Positions 22,801 through 36,944 of a stretch of DNA of 64,000 nucleotides are shown here, one piece after another. The stretch's first letter is position 1, and each line of letters begins with the position of its first letter. The stretch covers positions 1,508,927 to 1,572,926 of the forward strand of contig NC_057758.1 in assembly GCF_004010195.1 (NCBI RefSeq), in the 5' to 3' direction. The position numbers and the translations under genes are program-made. The notes under the pieces were generated by a model that worked only from the letters and a program-made list of their open reading frames with translations, made no database searches and had not been told where the DNA came from. Origin of the DNA: Chiloscyllium plagiosum (lineage: Eukaryota).

Positions 22801-25028
22801 ACTTCTGACCCAATATTTAGTATCTCTTTCTCTGTTTGCTGTGCTCCTCGATTTAACTAGTTGTGTCTCTGCCTTCCTCCGTCTTCTGCTCCATTTCCCA
22901 ATCATGGTTCCTCGGTGTGTGTTTATGAGTAAGTATGTCTCTCTGAAAGAGTGAGTGCGTGCATGTTTGTTTTCTGTTCCTCCATCTACACAAAATGTTT
23001 CACAATATGTAATGGACTCTACAGATGATACAGAACACTGAATAATCACGAGCTTATGCATTGGCCCCATAAACTGACAGTCAGCTCTTGCCTCATATTC
23101 AGCGCCAGCTCATTCTTTGCAACGTCACTGAAGGGTGACAGACAGGATGGTGACTGGTGACAGAACAATTTTGCTTTAGAGGTCAATATTTAACTAAACC
23201 AAGTGAAGACTTGACATGAGAAGCTTCAGCTGAAACCTGGCAGGGCACATCCGTGTCACACAAATACCAAGCAATGACCATCTCCAATAAGGGACAACAC
23301 AAGCATTACCTTGTGACATTCCATAGTATTACTATTACTGAATCCCCCACTGCTAATATTCTGCAATTACCATTAAGAAGGAATGTAATACATACCCCTT
23401 TGCGTGTAATTGCATTACCATCATTGAATTCCTTCATTATTAACATCTTAAGGATTAGTATTGAGAGGGTATCTAACCGTCTGCTTTACCAGCATTCAAT
23501 TTCCTCTCTATGAACATGAGAGTTAAACTTGACGAGAAACGTAACTAGATTCATCAAATCAGTCCGTCGCCATAAGGACATGACAGAGGCTGGGAATCCT
23601 GCAGTATATAGAACTCAAATTCTGACTCATGCCAAAGCCGAGACTCAATTCAGGGAATTCTTCTCACTTGACTGGATGGATGCCGCTCCAACAACACTCG
23701 AGAAGCTCAACACTATCCACCAAAAGCAGCCAACCTAGTTGACACCACAACCACAAGTATCCTTGAAAATGGATTTTCTGTTCAGAAACAAACAAATAAA
23801 ATGAGAAGTTGCTGAAAGAAGCTCGACAGCTCAGGCACCAGATATGAAGATAAAACAGAGGGAATGTTTCGCATCCACATCTACATGCATACACTCCTTC
23901 CCCCATATGAAGATGCACTACATAACCTCAGCAAATATACTTCGACTGAATTTTGCAAAACCCACAAACAATTATAAAGAAAACGAAAGTTGATACACGT
24001 GAGGACAAGCACCTGCAAGTTCGCTTCCAAGACATTCACCATCTTGCCAGGGGAATATTTAGGGTCAAAACATTGGATTTCACTTTTTAACAATACGAGG
24101 TCCACCTACTGCAGTGCATTAGGCCCTTCTCACGGCGCAATTATCAATCGATAATAAATGCTGGGCCCAGCAGTTAATAAAACTAAATAAACATGCACAC
24201 ATCGGTCACAGAGAGCCACATTTTGATGGGTAGCGTATGAGAAAGTTGGGGAAGGAGAGGCAGAAACATAGAATTATAGAGTCCTGCAGCAATGTCGGTG
24301 AATGTGAGAACTGCAGATGTTGGAGATTTGAGTCAAGATTGGAGTGGTGCTGGAAAAGCACAGCAGGTCAGGCAGCATTCAAGGAGCAGGAAAATCGACG
24401 TTTCGGGCAGGAGCTCGACTTTCCAGCTTCTTGGAAGCTGATTGACCTGCTGTGCGTTAACAGCACGACTCTAATCTTGAATCCTACAGCAATATGTCCG
24501 TCCACATTAATGTCATTTCCTGGCACTTGGCCGGTACATCTCTAATCATATCGTATCCATGTATTTGTTCAAATGCTTTTTCAACCATTCTTTATGTCCC
24601 CGTCTAAACATCTTCGCTCGCAGCTCAGTTCATATGTGTACCGCCCTCTCTGCCTCTCAGCTCCCCTTTTATTTATTACCCTCCAACTGTCAAATGATGC
24701 TGTCTTGCACCGTATCCATTACTCTCATGCTTATACACATCTAAAAGATCCTCCCTCAGTTTCTTACGCACCAAAGAACAAAGAGCGAGCTTGTCTAGCC
24801 TCTTCTCCTAACTCAGATCCTGGAGTCCTGGGAACATCCTTGTAAATTTCTTCTGCAATCTTTCTAGTTTCACAACCCCCTTCCGATAGCAAGCTGAACA
24901 AAATTGAAGACAAACTTCAAGCGCAGCCTCACAAACATAGAGAAAAACTACAACATACCAACTTCCACATTCAATGCCCTGACTTATAAAGGCCGGTGTG
25001 CCAAAGGACGTCTTCACTGCCTTGACTA

Positions 25029-25145
25029 CCTAACTCTAACTCTAAACCGAACCCTATCCCTAACCATAACCCGAATCAGAACCCTAACCCTAACCCTAAC
25101 CCTAACCCTAACCCTAACCCTAACCCTAACCCTAACCCTAACCCT
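25029..25145 (-). repeat. Interstitial telomeric (TTAGGG)n tract (longest of eight copies)
   Basis: Ten perfect CCCTAA at 25082-25141 preceded by degenerate hexamers. Shorter homologues lie at about 22336, 28075, 31439, 34121, 38005, 40676 and 43493. Confidence 0.9.
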
Positions 25146-27323
25146 TTCCACTTGCAGAAAACTTTGAACCCGAATTCCAAGATCTCTCTCTTCCACTACA
25201 CTCCTGAAGGTCATATCATTCTCTATGGAACTCCTTCATTGATTTGGCTTTCTAAAATGCAAGACCTCACACTTATCTACAATAAACATAATTTGCCATT
25301 TCTCAGCCCCTTTGCCCAGCTCAGCAAGCTCTTGCTGAAATTTCCAATAACCATCCTCACTGGCCATTCCACCTACTCTTTTAGTGTTATCAGCATTATT
25401 GTTTATCATGCATTGTATATTAACATCCAAATCGTTGATGTAGACAAGAAAAAGTAATGAGACTGCCCCTATCATGCACTATCGATACCGAGTCTGTCTC
25501 TCTGTGTATTCTGTTTCCTCCCGTATTTTTCAGTACTCTCCCTCTCCACTTCTCACCCAATATTTAGTATCTCTTTCTCTATTTGCTGTGCTCCTCGATT
25601 TAACTAGTTGTGTCTCTGCCTTCCTCCCTCTTCTGCTCCATTTTCCAATCATGGTTCATTGGTGTGTTTATATGACTATGCATATCTCTCTGGGAGAGTG
25701 AGTGCCTGCATGTTTGGTTTCTAATCCACCATCTACACAAAATGTTTCGCAATATGTAATGGATTGTACACATTATACAGAACACTGAATAATCAAGAAC
25801 TTTGCATTGACCATGTAAATTGACAGTGAGTTCTTGCCTCATATTCAGTGCCAGCTCATTCTTTGCAACTTCACTGAAGGGTGACAGTCAGGATAATGAC
25901 TGGCGACAGAACAGTTTTACTTTAACCAAAACGATCAAAGACTTGACATGAGAAGCTTGAACTGAAAACTGGCCGGGAACATTCGTGTCACACAAATACC
26001 AGGCAATGACCATCTCCAAAAAGAGACAATACAAGCATTACCTTATGACATTCAATGCTATTACTATTAGTGAAACCCCCACTGCCAACATCGTGTAATT
26101 ACATTAAGAAGGAATATAATTTCACACTTTTGTGTGTCATTGCATTACCATCAATGAATTCCTTCATTGTTAACATATCAAGGATTAGTATTGAGAGGGT
26201 CCCTAACCTTTGCCCCTTGATGCTCAATGTCTTTACAAACATTCAATTTCCTCACTATGAACGTGAGAGTTAAGCTTGACCAGAAACGTAACTCGATTCA
26301 CCAAACCAGTACCGTAGCCATAAGGACATGTCAGAGGCTGGGAATCCTGCAGTATAGAACTCAAATTCTGACTCCTGCCAAAGCCTATCCATCATGGGCA
26401 AAACTCAATTCAGGGAATATTTCTCACTTGCCTGGTTGGATGCAGCTCCAACAACACTCGAGAAGCTCCACACCATCCACCAAAAGCAGCAACCCTGTTC
26501 GACACCACAACCACAAGTATCATTGAAAACGGGTTTCCTGTTCAGAGACAAACAAAAAAAAATTGCTGAAAGACGCTCGACAGCTCAGGCACCAGATATG
26601 AAGATAAAACAGAGGGAATGTTTCGCATCCACATCTACAAGCATACACTCCTTCCCTCATATGAAGATGCACTGCAGAACTCCACCAAATATACTTCAAG
26701 TGCATTTTGCAAAACACACAAACAATTATAAAGACAAAGAAAGTTGATACATGGGAGAACCATCACCTGCAAGTTACCCTCCAAGACATTCACCATCTTG
26801 ACTTGGGAATATTTTGCGTCAAAATCTCGGATTTCACTCCGAAACAACACTAGGTCACTGCAGTGCCTTTTCACGGGGCAATTATGAATCGAAAATAAAT
26901 GCTGGGTCCAGGAGTAAATAAAACTAAATAAACATGCACACATCTACCAAAGGGATAGAAATTTTGAAGGTAGCATATAAGGAAGTTGGGCAAAGAGCGG
27001 CAGAAACACAAAATCATAGAGTCCTGCAGCAATGTAGGCAAAAGTGAGGACTGCAGATGATGGAGATTAGTGTCAGTTTGGAGTGGTGCTGGAAAGGCAC
27101 ATCAAGTCAGGCAACATTCAAGGAGCAGGAAAATCGACGTTTCGCAGGAGCTCGACTTTCCTGACTCTTGGAAGCTGACTGACCTGCTGTGCGTTACCAG
27201 CACCACTATAATCTTGAATCCTACAGCAATATGTCCATCCACATTAGCACCATTTCCTAGCACTTTGCCCGTACATCTCTAATCGCTTCTTATCCTTGTA
27301 TTTGCTCAAATGCTTTTTAAACA

Positions 27324-27655
27324 TTAGATTAGATTAGATTAGATTAGATTAGATTACTTACAGTGTGGAAACAGGCCCTTCGGCCCAACAAGTCCACGCC
27401 GACCCGCCGAAGCGCAACCCACCCATACCCCTACATTTACCCCTTACCTAACACTACGGGCAATTTAGCATGGCCAATTCACCTGACCTGCACATCTTTG
27501 GACTGTGGGAGGAAACCGGAGCACCCGGAGAAAACCCACGCAGACACGGGGAGAACGTGCAAACTCCACACAGTCAGTCGCCTGAGGCGGGAATTGAACC
27601 CGGGTCTCTGACGCTGCGAGGCAGCAGTACTAACCACTGTACCACCGTGCCGCCC
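27324..27655 (-). mobile_element. V-SINE (HE1-like) inserted in macrosatellite unit 3
   Basis: Reverse complement of the 19218 SINE with a (GATTA)n tail. The empty site aaacattcttaatg is present in unit 1. Confidence 0.93.
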
Positions 27656-29100
27656 ATTCTTAATGTACCCGTCTCAACATATGTTTACCGCCCACTATGC
27701 ACCTCAGATCCCCTTTTATTCTTTCCCCTCTAACTGTCAAATGATGCTGTCTTGCACTCGATCCACTACACTCATGATTATACAGATCTAAAATATCCTC
27801 CCTCAATTTCTTGCGCACTAAAGAACAAAGGGTGAGCTTGACTAACCTCTCCCCCAACTCAGATCCTGGAGACCTGGGAACATCCTTGTAAATTTCTTCT
27901 GCAATCTTTCTAGTTTCACAACCCCCTTCCGAAAGCAAGCTGAACAAAATTGAAAACGAAGTTCAAGTGCAGCATCTCAAACAATGAGGAGAACTGCAAC
28001 AAACCAACTTCCACATTCAATGTCCAGTCTCATAAAGGCCAGTGTGCGAAAGGAAGTCTTCACTGCCTTGACTACCTAACTCTAACTCTAAACCAACCCT
28101 ATACCTAACCATAACCCGAACCATGACGCTAACCCTAACCTTCAATCTTTCAGAAAAATGTGAACCCGAATCCCAAGATCTCTCTCTTCCATTACACTCC
28201 TTAAAGCCATTTAATTCTCCATGGAACTCCTTCATTGATTTGACTTACCAAAATGCAAGACCTCACACTAAGCTACATTAAACATAATTTGCCATTTCTC
28301 AGCCCCTTTGCCCAGCTCATCAAGTTCTTGCTGAAATTTCCAATAACCATCCTCACTGGCCATGATACCTAATATTTTAGTGTTATCAGCATTCGTGTTT
28401 ATCATGCATTGTACATTAACATCCAAATCGTTGATATAGATAACAAACAGCGATGAGGCTGCCCCTCTCATACAGCTCTCTCGATGCTGATTCTGTTTTT
28501 CTGTGTATTCTCTTTCCTCCAAATCTTTCCCAGTACTCTCCCTCTCCACTTATCACCCAATATTTACTAACTCTTTCTCTGTTTGCTGTGTTCCTCGATT
28601 TAACTAGTTGTGTCTCTGCCTTCCTCCCTCTTCTGCTCCATTTTTCAATCATGATTCCTCGGTGTGTGTTTATGAGTATGCATGTCTCTCTGAAAGAGTG
28701 AGTGCTTGCATGTTTGGTTTCTCTTCCTCCATCTACACAAAATGTTTCACAATATGGACTATACACATCATACAGAACACTGATCAATCACGAGCTTATT
28801 CATTGGCCCCGTAAACTGACAGTGAGCTCTTTCCTCATATTCAGCGCCAGCTCATGCTTTGCAACGTCACTGAAGGGTGACAGACAGGATGGTGACTGGC
28901 GACAGAACGATTTTGCTTTAGAGATGAATATTTAACCAAACCAAGCAAAGACTTGACATGAGAAGCTTCAGTTGAAACCTGGCAGGGCACATTTGTGTCA
29001 CGCAAATACCAAGCAATGACCATCTCCAATAAGGGACAACACAAGCATTACTTGTGACATTCCATAGCATTACTACTAATGAATCCCCCACTGCCAACTT

Positions 29101-30450
29101 CCTGCAATTACCATTAAGAAGGAATATAATCCTTACCCGTTTGCATGTAAATGCATTACCATCATTGAATTCCTTCATTATTAACATCTTAAGGATTAGT
29201 ATTGATAGGGTCTCTAACCGTCTGCTTTACCAACATTCAATTTCCTCACTATGAACATGAGAGTTAAACTTGACGAGAAACGTAACTAGATTCACCAAAT
29301 CAGTCCGTAGGCATAAGGACATGACAGAGGCTGGAAATCCTGCAGTATATAGAACTCAAAATCTGACTCCCACCAAAGCCCAGAGTCAATTCATGGAATA
29401 ATTCTCATTTGCCTGGATGGATGCCGCTCCAACAACACTCGAGAAGCTCGACATGAGCCACCAAAAGCAGCCAACCTAGATGACACCACAATCACAAATG
29501 TCCTTGAAAATGGATTTCCTGTTCAGAAACAAACAAATAAAAGGAGAAGTTGCTGAAAGAAGCTCGACAGCTCAGGCACCAGATATGAAGATAAAACAGA
29601 GGGAATGTTTCGCATCCATATCTATACTCCTTCCCACATACGAAGATGCACTGCATAATTTCAGCAAATACAATTCGACTGAATTTTGCAAAACCCACAA
29701 ACAATTATAATGACAATGAAGAGGACCAGCACCTGCAAGTACCCTTCCAAGGCAATCACCTGCAATTACCATTAAGAAGGAATATAATCCTTACCCCATT
29801 GCGTGTAAATGCATTACCATCATTGAATTCCTTAATTATTAACATATTAATGATTTGTATTGAGAGGGTATCTAACCGTTTGCTTTACCAACATTCTATT
29901 TCCTCACTATGAACATGAGAGTTAAACTTGACGAGAAACGTAACTAGATTCACCAAATCAGTCCGTAGGCATAAGGACATGACAGAGGCTGGAAATCCTG
30001 CAGTATATAGAACTCAAATTCTGACTCCTGCCAAAGCCGGGACTCAATTCAGGGAATACTTCTCATTTGCCCGTACGAAGATGCACTGCATAATTTACCA
30101 GGATGTTGCCTGGAATGGAGAGGAAGTCGTACGACCACCAAAAGCAGCCAACCTAGATGACACCACAACCACAAATGTCCTTGAAAATGGATTTCCTGTT
30201 CAGAAACAAATAAATAAAAGCAGAAGTTGCTGAAAGAAGCTCGACAGCTCAGGCACCAGATATGAAGATAAAACAGAGGGAATGTTTCGCATCCATATCT
30301 ATACTCCTTCCCCCATACGAAGGTGCACTGCATAATTTCAGCAAATATACTTCGACTGAATTTTGCAAAACCCACAAACAATTATAATGACATCGAAAGT
30401 TGATACACGTGAGGACCAGCACCTGCAATTTCCCTTCCAAGGCAATCACC
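29101..30450 (+). repeat. Internal ~660-bp tandem duplication within unit 4
   Basis: cctgcaattaccattaagaagg...ggcaatcac occurs at about 29101-29760 and again at about 29759-30450. Confidence 0.9.
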
Positions 30451-33400
30451 ATCTTGACTGGGGAACATTTTGGGTCGAAGTATTGGATTTCATTCTTTAA
30501 CAACACGACGTCTACGTACTGCAGTGCATTAGGCTCTTCTCCCGGGGCAATTATCAATTGATAATAAATGCTGGGCCCAGCAGTTAATAAAACTAAATAG
30601 ACATGCACACATCGGTCACAGAGAGCCACATTTTGATGGGTAGCGTATGAGAAAGTTGGGGAAGGAGAGGCAGAAACATATAATTATAGAGTCCTGCAGC
30701 AATGTCGGCGAATGTGAGAACTGCAGATGTTGGAGATTTGAGATAAAATTGGAGTGGTGCTGGAAAAGCACAGCAGGTCAGGCAGCATTCAAGGAGCAGG
30801 AAAATCGAAGTTTCGGGCAGGAGCTCGACATTACTACTTCTTGGAAGCTGGCTGACCTGCTGTGCGTTAACAGCACGACTCTAATTTTGAATCCTACAGC
30901 AATATGTCCGTCCACATTAATATCATTTCCTAGCACTTGGCCCGTACATCTCTAATCGCTTCTTATCCATGCATTTGTTCAAATGTTTTTTCAAAAATTC
31001 GTTATGTCCCCGCCTCAACATCTTCGCGGGCAGCTCAGTTCATATGTGTACCGCCCTCTATGCCCCTCAGTTCCCCTTTTATTTATTCCCCTCTAACTGT
31101 CAAATGATGCTGTCTTGCACCCTATCCATTTCTCTCATGCTTATCCACATCTAAAATATCCTCCCTCAGTTCCTTACGCACCAAAGAACAAAGAGCGAGC
31201 TTGTCTAGCCTCTTCCCCTAACTCAGATCCTGGAGTCCTGGGAACATCCTTGTAAATTTCTTCTGCAATCTTTCTAGTTTCACAACCCCCTTCCGATAGC
31301 AAGCTGAACAAAATTGAAGACAAACTTCAAGTGCAGCCTCACAAACATAGAGAAAAACTACAACATACCAACTTTCACATTCAATGCCCTGACTGATAAA
31401 GGCCAGTGTACCAAAGGACGTCTTCATTGCTTTGACTACCTAACTCTAACTCTAAACCGAAACCTATCGCGAACCATAACCCGAACCATAACCCTAACCC
31501 TAACTCTAACCCTAACCCTTTCCACTTGCAGAACATTTTGAATCGAAATTCCAAGATCTCTCTCTTCCACTACACTCCTGAAGGTCATTTAATTCTCTAC
31601 GGAACTCCTTTATGATTTGACTTTCCAAAATGCAAGACCTCACACTAATCTACATTAAACATAATTTGCCATTTCTCAGCCCCTTTGCCCAGCTCATCAA
31701 GTTCGTGCTGAAATTTCCAATAACCATCCTCACTGGCTATAACACCTACTATTTTAGTGTTATCAGCATTCTTGTTTATCATGCATTGTATAATAACATC
31801 CAAATCGTTGATATAGACAACAAACAGTGATGAGACTGCCCCTCTCATACAGCTCTCTCAATACTGATTCTGTCTTTCTGTGTATTCTGTTTCCTCCCGT
31901 CTTTCTCAGTCCGCTCCCTCTCCAATTCTCACCCAACATTTATTATCTCTTTCTCTATTTGCTGTATTCCTCGAGTTAACTAGTTGTGTCTCTGCCTTCC
32001 TCCCTCTTCTGCTCCATTTTCCAATAATGGTTGCTGGGTGTGTGTTTATGAGTATGCATGTCTCTCTGAAAGAGTGAGTGCGTGCATGTTTGGTTTCTCT
32101 TCCTCCATCTACACAAAAAGTTTCACAATATGTAATGGACTATACACATCATACAGAACACTGAACAATCACGAGCTTATGCATTGGCCCCGTAAACTGA
32201 CAGTGAGCTCTTTCCTCATATTCAGCGCCAGCTCATTCTTTGCAACGTCACTGAAGGGTGACAGACAGGGTGGTGACTGGCGACCGAACAGTTTTGGTTT
32301 AGAAGTGAATATTTAAACAAACCAAGCAAAGACTTGACATGAGAAGCTTGAGCTGAAACCTGGCAGGGGCCATTCGTGTCACACTAATACCAAGCAATCA
32401 TCATCTCCAATAAGGGACAACACAAGCATTACTTGTGACATTCCATAGCATTACTACTAATGAATGCCCATCTGCTAACTTCCTGCAATTACCATTAAGA
32501 AGAAATATAATCTTTACCCCTTTGCGTGTAAATGCATTACCATCATTGAATTCCTTAATTAGTAACATCTTAATGATTAGTATTGAGAGAACATCTAACC
32601 GTTTGCTTTACCAACATTCTATTTCCTCACTATGAACATGAGAGTTAAACTTGACGAGAAACGTAACTAGATTCATCAAATCAGTCCGTCGCCATAAGGA
32701 CATGACAGAGGCTGGGAATCCTGCAGTATATAGAACTCAAATTCTGACTCCTGCCAAAGCCGAGACTCAATTCAGGGAATACTTCTCATTTGCCTGGATG
32801 GATGCCGCTCCAACAACACTCGAGAAGCTCAACACTATCCACCAAAAGCAGCCAACCTAGATGACACCACAACCACAAATGTCCTTGAAAATTGATTTCC
32901 TGTTCACAAACAAACAAATAAAATGAGAAGTTGCTGAAAGAAGCTCGACAGCTCAGGCACCAGATATGAAGATAAAACAGAGGGAATGTTTCGCATCCAT
33001 ATCTATACTCCTTCCCCCGTACGAAGATGCACTGCATAATTTCAGCAAATACAAGTTGACTGAATTTTGCAAAACCCACAAACAATTATAATGACAACGA
33101 AGAGGACCAGCACCTGCAAGTTCCCTTCCAAGGCAATCACCATCTTGACTGGGGAATATTTTGGGTCGAAACATTGGATTTCATTCTTTAACAACACTAC
33201 GTCTATGTACTGCAGTGCATTAGGCTCTTCTCCCGGGGCAATTATCAATTGATAATAAATGCTGGGCCCAGCAGTTAATAAAACTAAATAAACATGCACA
33301 CAGAGAGCCACATTTTGATGGGTAGCGTATGAGAAAGTTGGGGAAGGAGAGGCAGAAACATAGAATTATAGAGTCCTGCAGCAATGTCGGCGAATGTGAG

Positions 33401-35791
33401 AACTGCAGATGTTGGAGATTTGAGTCAAGATTGGAGTGGTGCTGGAAAAGCACAGCAGGTCAGGCAGCATTCAAGGAGCAGGAAAATCGACGTTTCGTGC
33501 AGGAGCTTGACTTTCCAGCTTCTTGGAAGCTGCCTGACCTGCTGTGCGTTAACATCACGACTCTAATCTTGAATCCTACAGCAATATGTCCATCCACATT
33601 AATATCATTTCCTAGCACTTGGCCCGTAAATCTCTCATCGCTTCTTATCCATTCATTTGTTCAAATTTTTTTTCAAACATTCGTTATGTCCCCGCCTCAA
33701 CATCTTCGCTGGCAGCTCAGTTCATATGTGTACCGCCCTCTATGCCCCTCAGTTACCCTTTTATTTATTCACCACTAACTGTCAAATGATGCTGTGTTGC
33801 ACCCTATCCATTTCTCTCATGCTTATACAAATCTAACAGATCCTCCCTCAGATTCTTACGCACCAAAGAACAAAGAGCGAGCTTGGCTAACCTCTTCCCC
33901 TAACTCAGATCCTGGAGTCCTGGGAACATCCTTGTAAATTTCTTCTGCAATCTTTCTAGTTTCACAACCCTCTTCCGATTGCAAGCTGAACAAAATTGAA
34001 GACAAACTTCAAGTGCAGCCTCACAAACATAGAGAAAAACTACAACATACCAACTTCCACATTCAATGCCCTGACTGAGAAAGGCCAGTGTACCAAAGGA
34101 CGTCTTCATTGCTTTGACTATCTAACTCTAACTCTAAACCGAACCCTATCCCGAACCATAACCCGAACCATAACCCTAACCCTAACCCTTTCCACTTGCA
34201 GAAAACGTTGAATCGGAATTCCAAGATCTCTCTCTTCCACTACACTTCTTAAGGTCATTTAATTCTACCATGGAACTCCTTTATGATTTGACTTTCCAAA
34301 ATGCAAGACCTCATACTAATCTACATTAAACATAATTTGCCATTTCTCAGCCCCTTTGCCCAGCTCATCAAGTTCTTGCTGAAATTTCCAATAACCATCC
34401 TCACTGGCCATGATACCTAATATTTTAGTGTTATCAGCATTCGTGTTTATCATGCATTGTACATTAACATCCAAATCGTTGATATAGATAACAAACAGTG
34501 ATGAGACTGCTCCTCTCATACAGCTCTCTCGATACTGATTCTGTCTTTCTGTGTATTCTGTTTCCTCCCGTCTTTCTCAGTACGCTCCCTCTCCACCTCT
34601 CACCCAACATTTATTATCTCTTTCTCTATTTGCTGTGCTCCTCGATTTAACTAGTTGTGTCTCTGCCTTCCTCCCTCTTCTGCTCCATTTTCCAATCATG
34701 GTTCCTGGGTGTGTGTTTATGAGTATGCATGACTCTCTGAACGAGTGAGTGCGTGCATGTTTGGTTTCTCTTCCTCCATCTACACAAAATGTTTCACAAT
34801 ATGTAATGGACTATACACATCATACAGAACACTGAACAATCACGAGCTTATGCATTGGCCCCGTAAACTGACAGTGAGCTCTTTCCTCATATTCAGAGCC
34901 AGCTCATTCTTTGCAACGTCACTGAAAGGTGACAGACAGGATGGTGACTGGCGACCGAACAGTTTTGCTTTAGAAGTGAATATTTAAACAAACCAAGCAA
35001 AGACTTGACATGAGAGGCTTGAGCTGAAACCTGGCAGGGACCATTCGTGTCACGCAAATACCAAGCAATGACCATCTCCAATAAGGGACAACACAAGCAT
35101 TACTTGTGACATTCCATAGCATAACTACTAATGAATCCCCCACTGCCAACTTCCTGCAATTACCATTAAGAAGGAATACTTTCGTTACGCCATTGCGTGT
35201 AATTACATTACCATCATTGAATTCCTTCATTATTAACATCTTAAGGATTAGTATTAAGAGGACATCTAACCGTCTGCTTCACCAACATTCAATTTCCTCA
35301 CTATGAACATGAGAGTTAAACTTGACGAGAAACGTAACTAGATTCACCAAATCAGTCCGTAGCCATAAGGACATGACGAAGGCTGGGAATCCTGCAGTAT
35401 ATAGAACTCAAAGTCTGACTCATGCCAAAGCCGAGACTCAATTCAGGGAATTCTTCTCACTTGACTGGATGGATTCCGCTCCAACAACACTCGAGAAGCT
35501 CGACACTATCCACCAAAAGCAGCCAACCTAGATGACACCACAACCACAAATATCCTTGAAAATCGATTTCCTGTTCAGAAACAAACAAATAAAAGCAGAA
35601 GTTGCTGAAAGAAGCTCGATAGCTCAGGCAGCAGATATGAAGATAAAACAGAGGAAATGTTTCGCATCCACATCTAAATGCATACATTCCTTCCCCCATA
35701 CGAAGATACACTGCATAACGTCAGTAAATACAATTCGATTGAATTTTGCAAAACCCACAAACAATTATAACGACAACGAAAGTTGATACAC

Positions 35792-36944
35792 ATCGTGTAT
35801 ATGGATTTTAGTAAGGCGTTTGACAAGGTTCCCCATGGTAGGCTACTGCAAAAAATACGAAGGTATGGCATTGAGGGTGAGTTGGAGGTTTGGATTAGGA
35901 ATTGGCTGGCTGGAAGAAGACAGAGGGTAGTAGTTGATGGTAAAGGTTCATCTTGGAGTGCAGTTACTAGCGGTGTTCCGCAAGGATCTGTTTTGGGACC
36001 ATTGTTGTTTGTCATTTTTATAAATGACCTGGAGGAGGGGGTAGAATGTTGGGTGAGCAAGTTTGCAGATGATACGAAAGTCGGTGGAGTTGTTGACAGT
36101 GAGGAAGGATGTGTCAGGTTACAGCCGGATATAGACAAGTTGCAGAGCTGGGCAGAAAAGTGGCAAATGGAGTTCAATGTAGGTAAGAGTGAGGTGATTC
36201 ACTTTGCTAAGAGTAACAAAAAGACGGGGTACTGGGTTAATGGTCGGATACTTGGTAGTGTGGATGAACAGAGGGATCTTGGTGTCCATGTACACAGATC
36301 TCTGAAAGTTGCCACCCAGGTAAATAGTGCGGTGAAGAAGGCATATGGCATACTGGCTTTTATTGGTAGAGGAATTCAGTTCCGGAGCCCTGAGGTCATG
36401 TTGCAGTTGTATAAGACTCTGGTGCGGCCGCATCTGGACTATTGTCTGCAGTTTTGGTCGCCATACTATAGAAAGGATGTGGAGGCACTGGAGCGGGTGC
36501 AGAGGAGGTTTACCAGGATGTTGCCTGGTAAGGTAGGAAGATCGTATGAGGAAAGGCTGAGGCACTTGGGGTTGTTTTCATTGGAAAAAAGAAGGTTTAG
36601 GGGTGACTTGATAGAGATGTACAAGATGATTAGGTGTTTAGATAGGGTTGACCATGAGAACCTTTTTCTATATATGGAGTCAGCTATTATGAGGGGGCAT
36701 AGCTTTAAATTAAGGGGTGGTAGGTATAGGACAGATGTTAGGGGTAGATTCTTTACTCAGCGAGTCGTGAGTTCATGGAATGCCCTGCCAGTAGCAGTGA
36801 TGCCCTCTTTATGGGCATTTAAGCGGGCATTGGATAGGCATATGGAGGATAGTGGGCTAGTGCAGGTTAGGTGGGCTTGGATCGGCGCAACATCGAGGGC
36901 CAAAGGGCCTGTACTGCGCCGTATTCTTCTATGTTCTATGTTCT
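35792..36944 (+). mobile_element. Young 5'-truncated CR1 LINE (RT core to tail) inserted in unit 6
   Basis: Uninterrupted frame YMDFSKAFDKVPH...[10 protein letters not shown]...FADD...RPHLDYCLQFWSP (ORF 35783-37102) with a (TTCTATG)n tail. The empty site gatacacgtgagg is present in other units. Confidence 0.95.
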
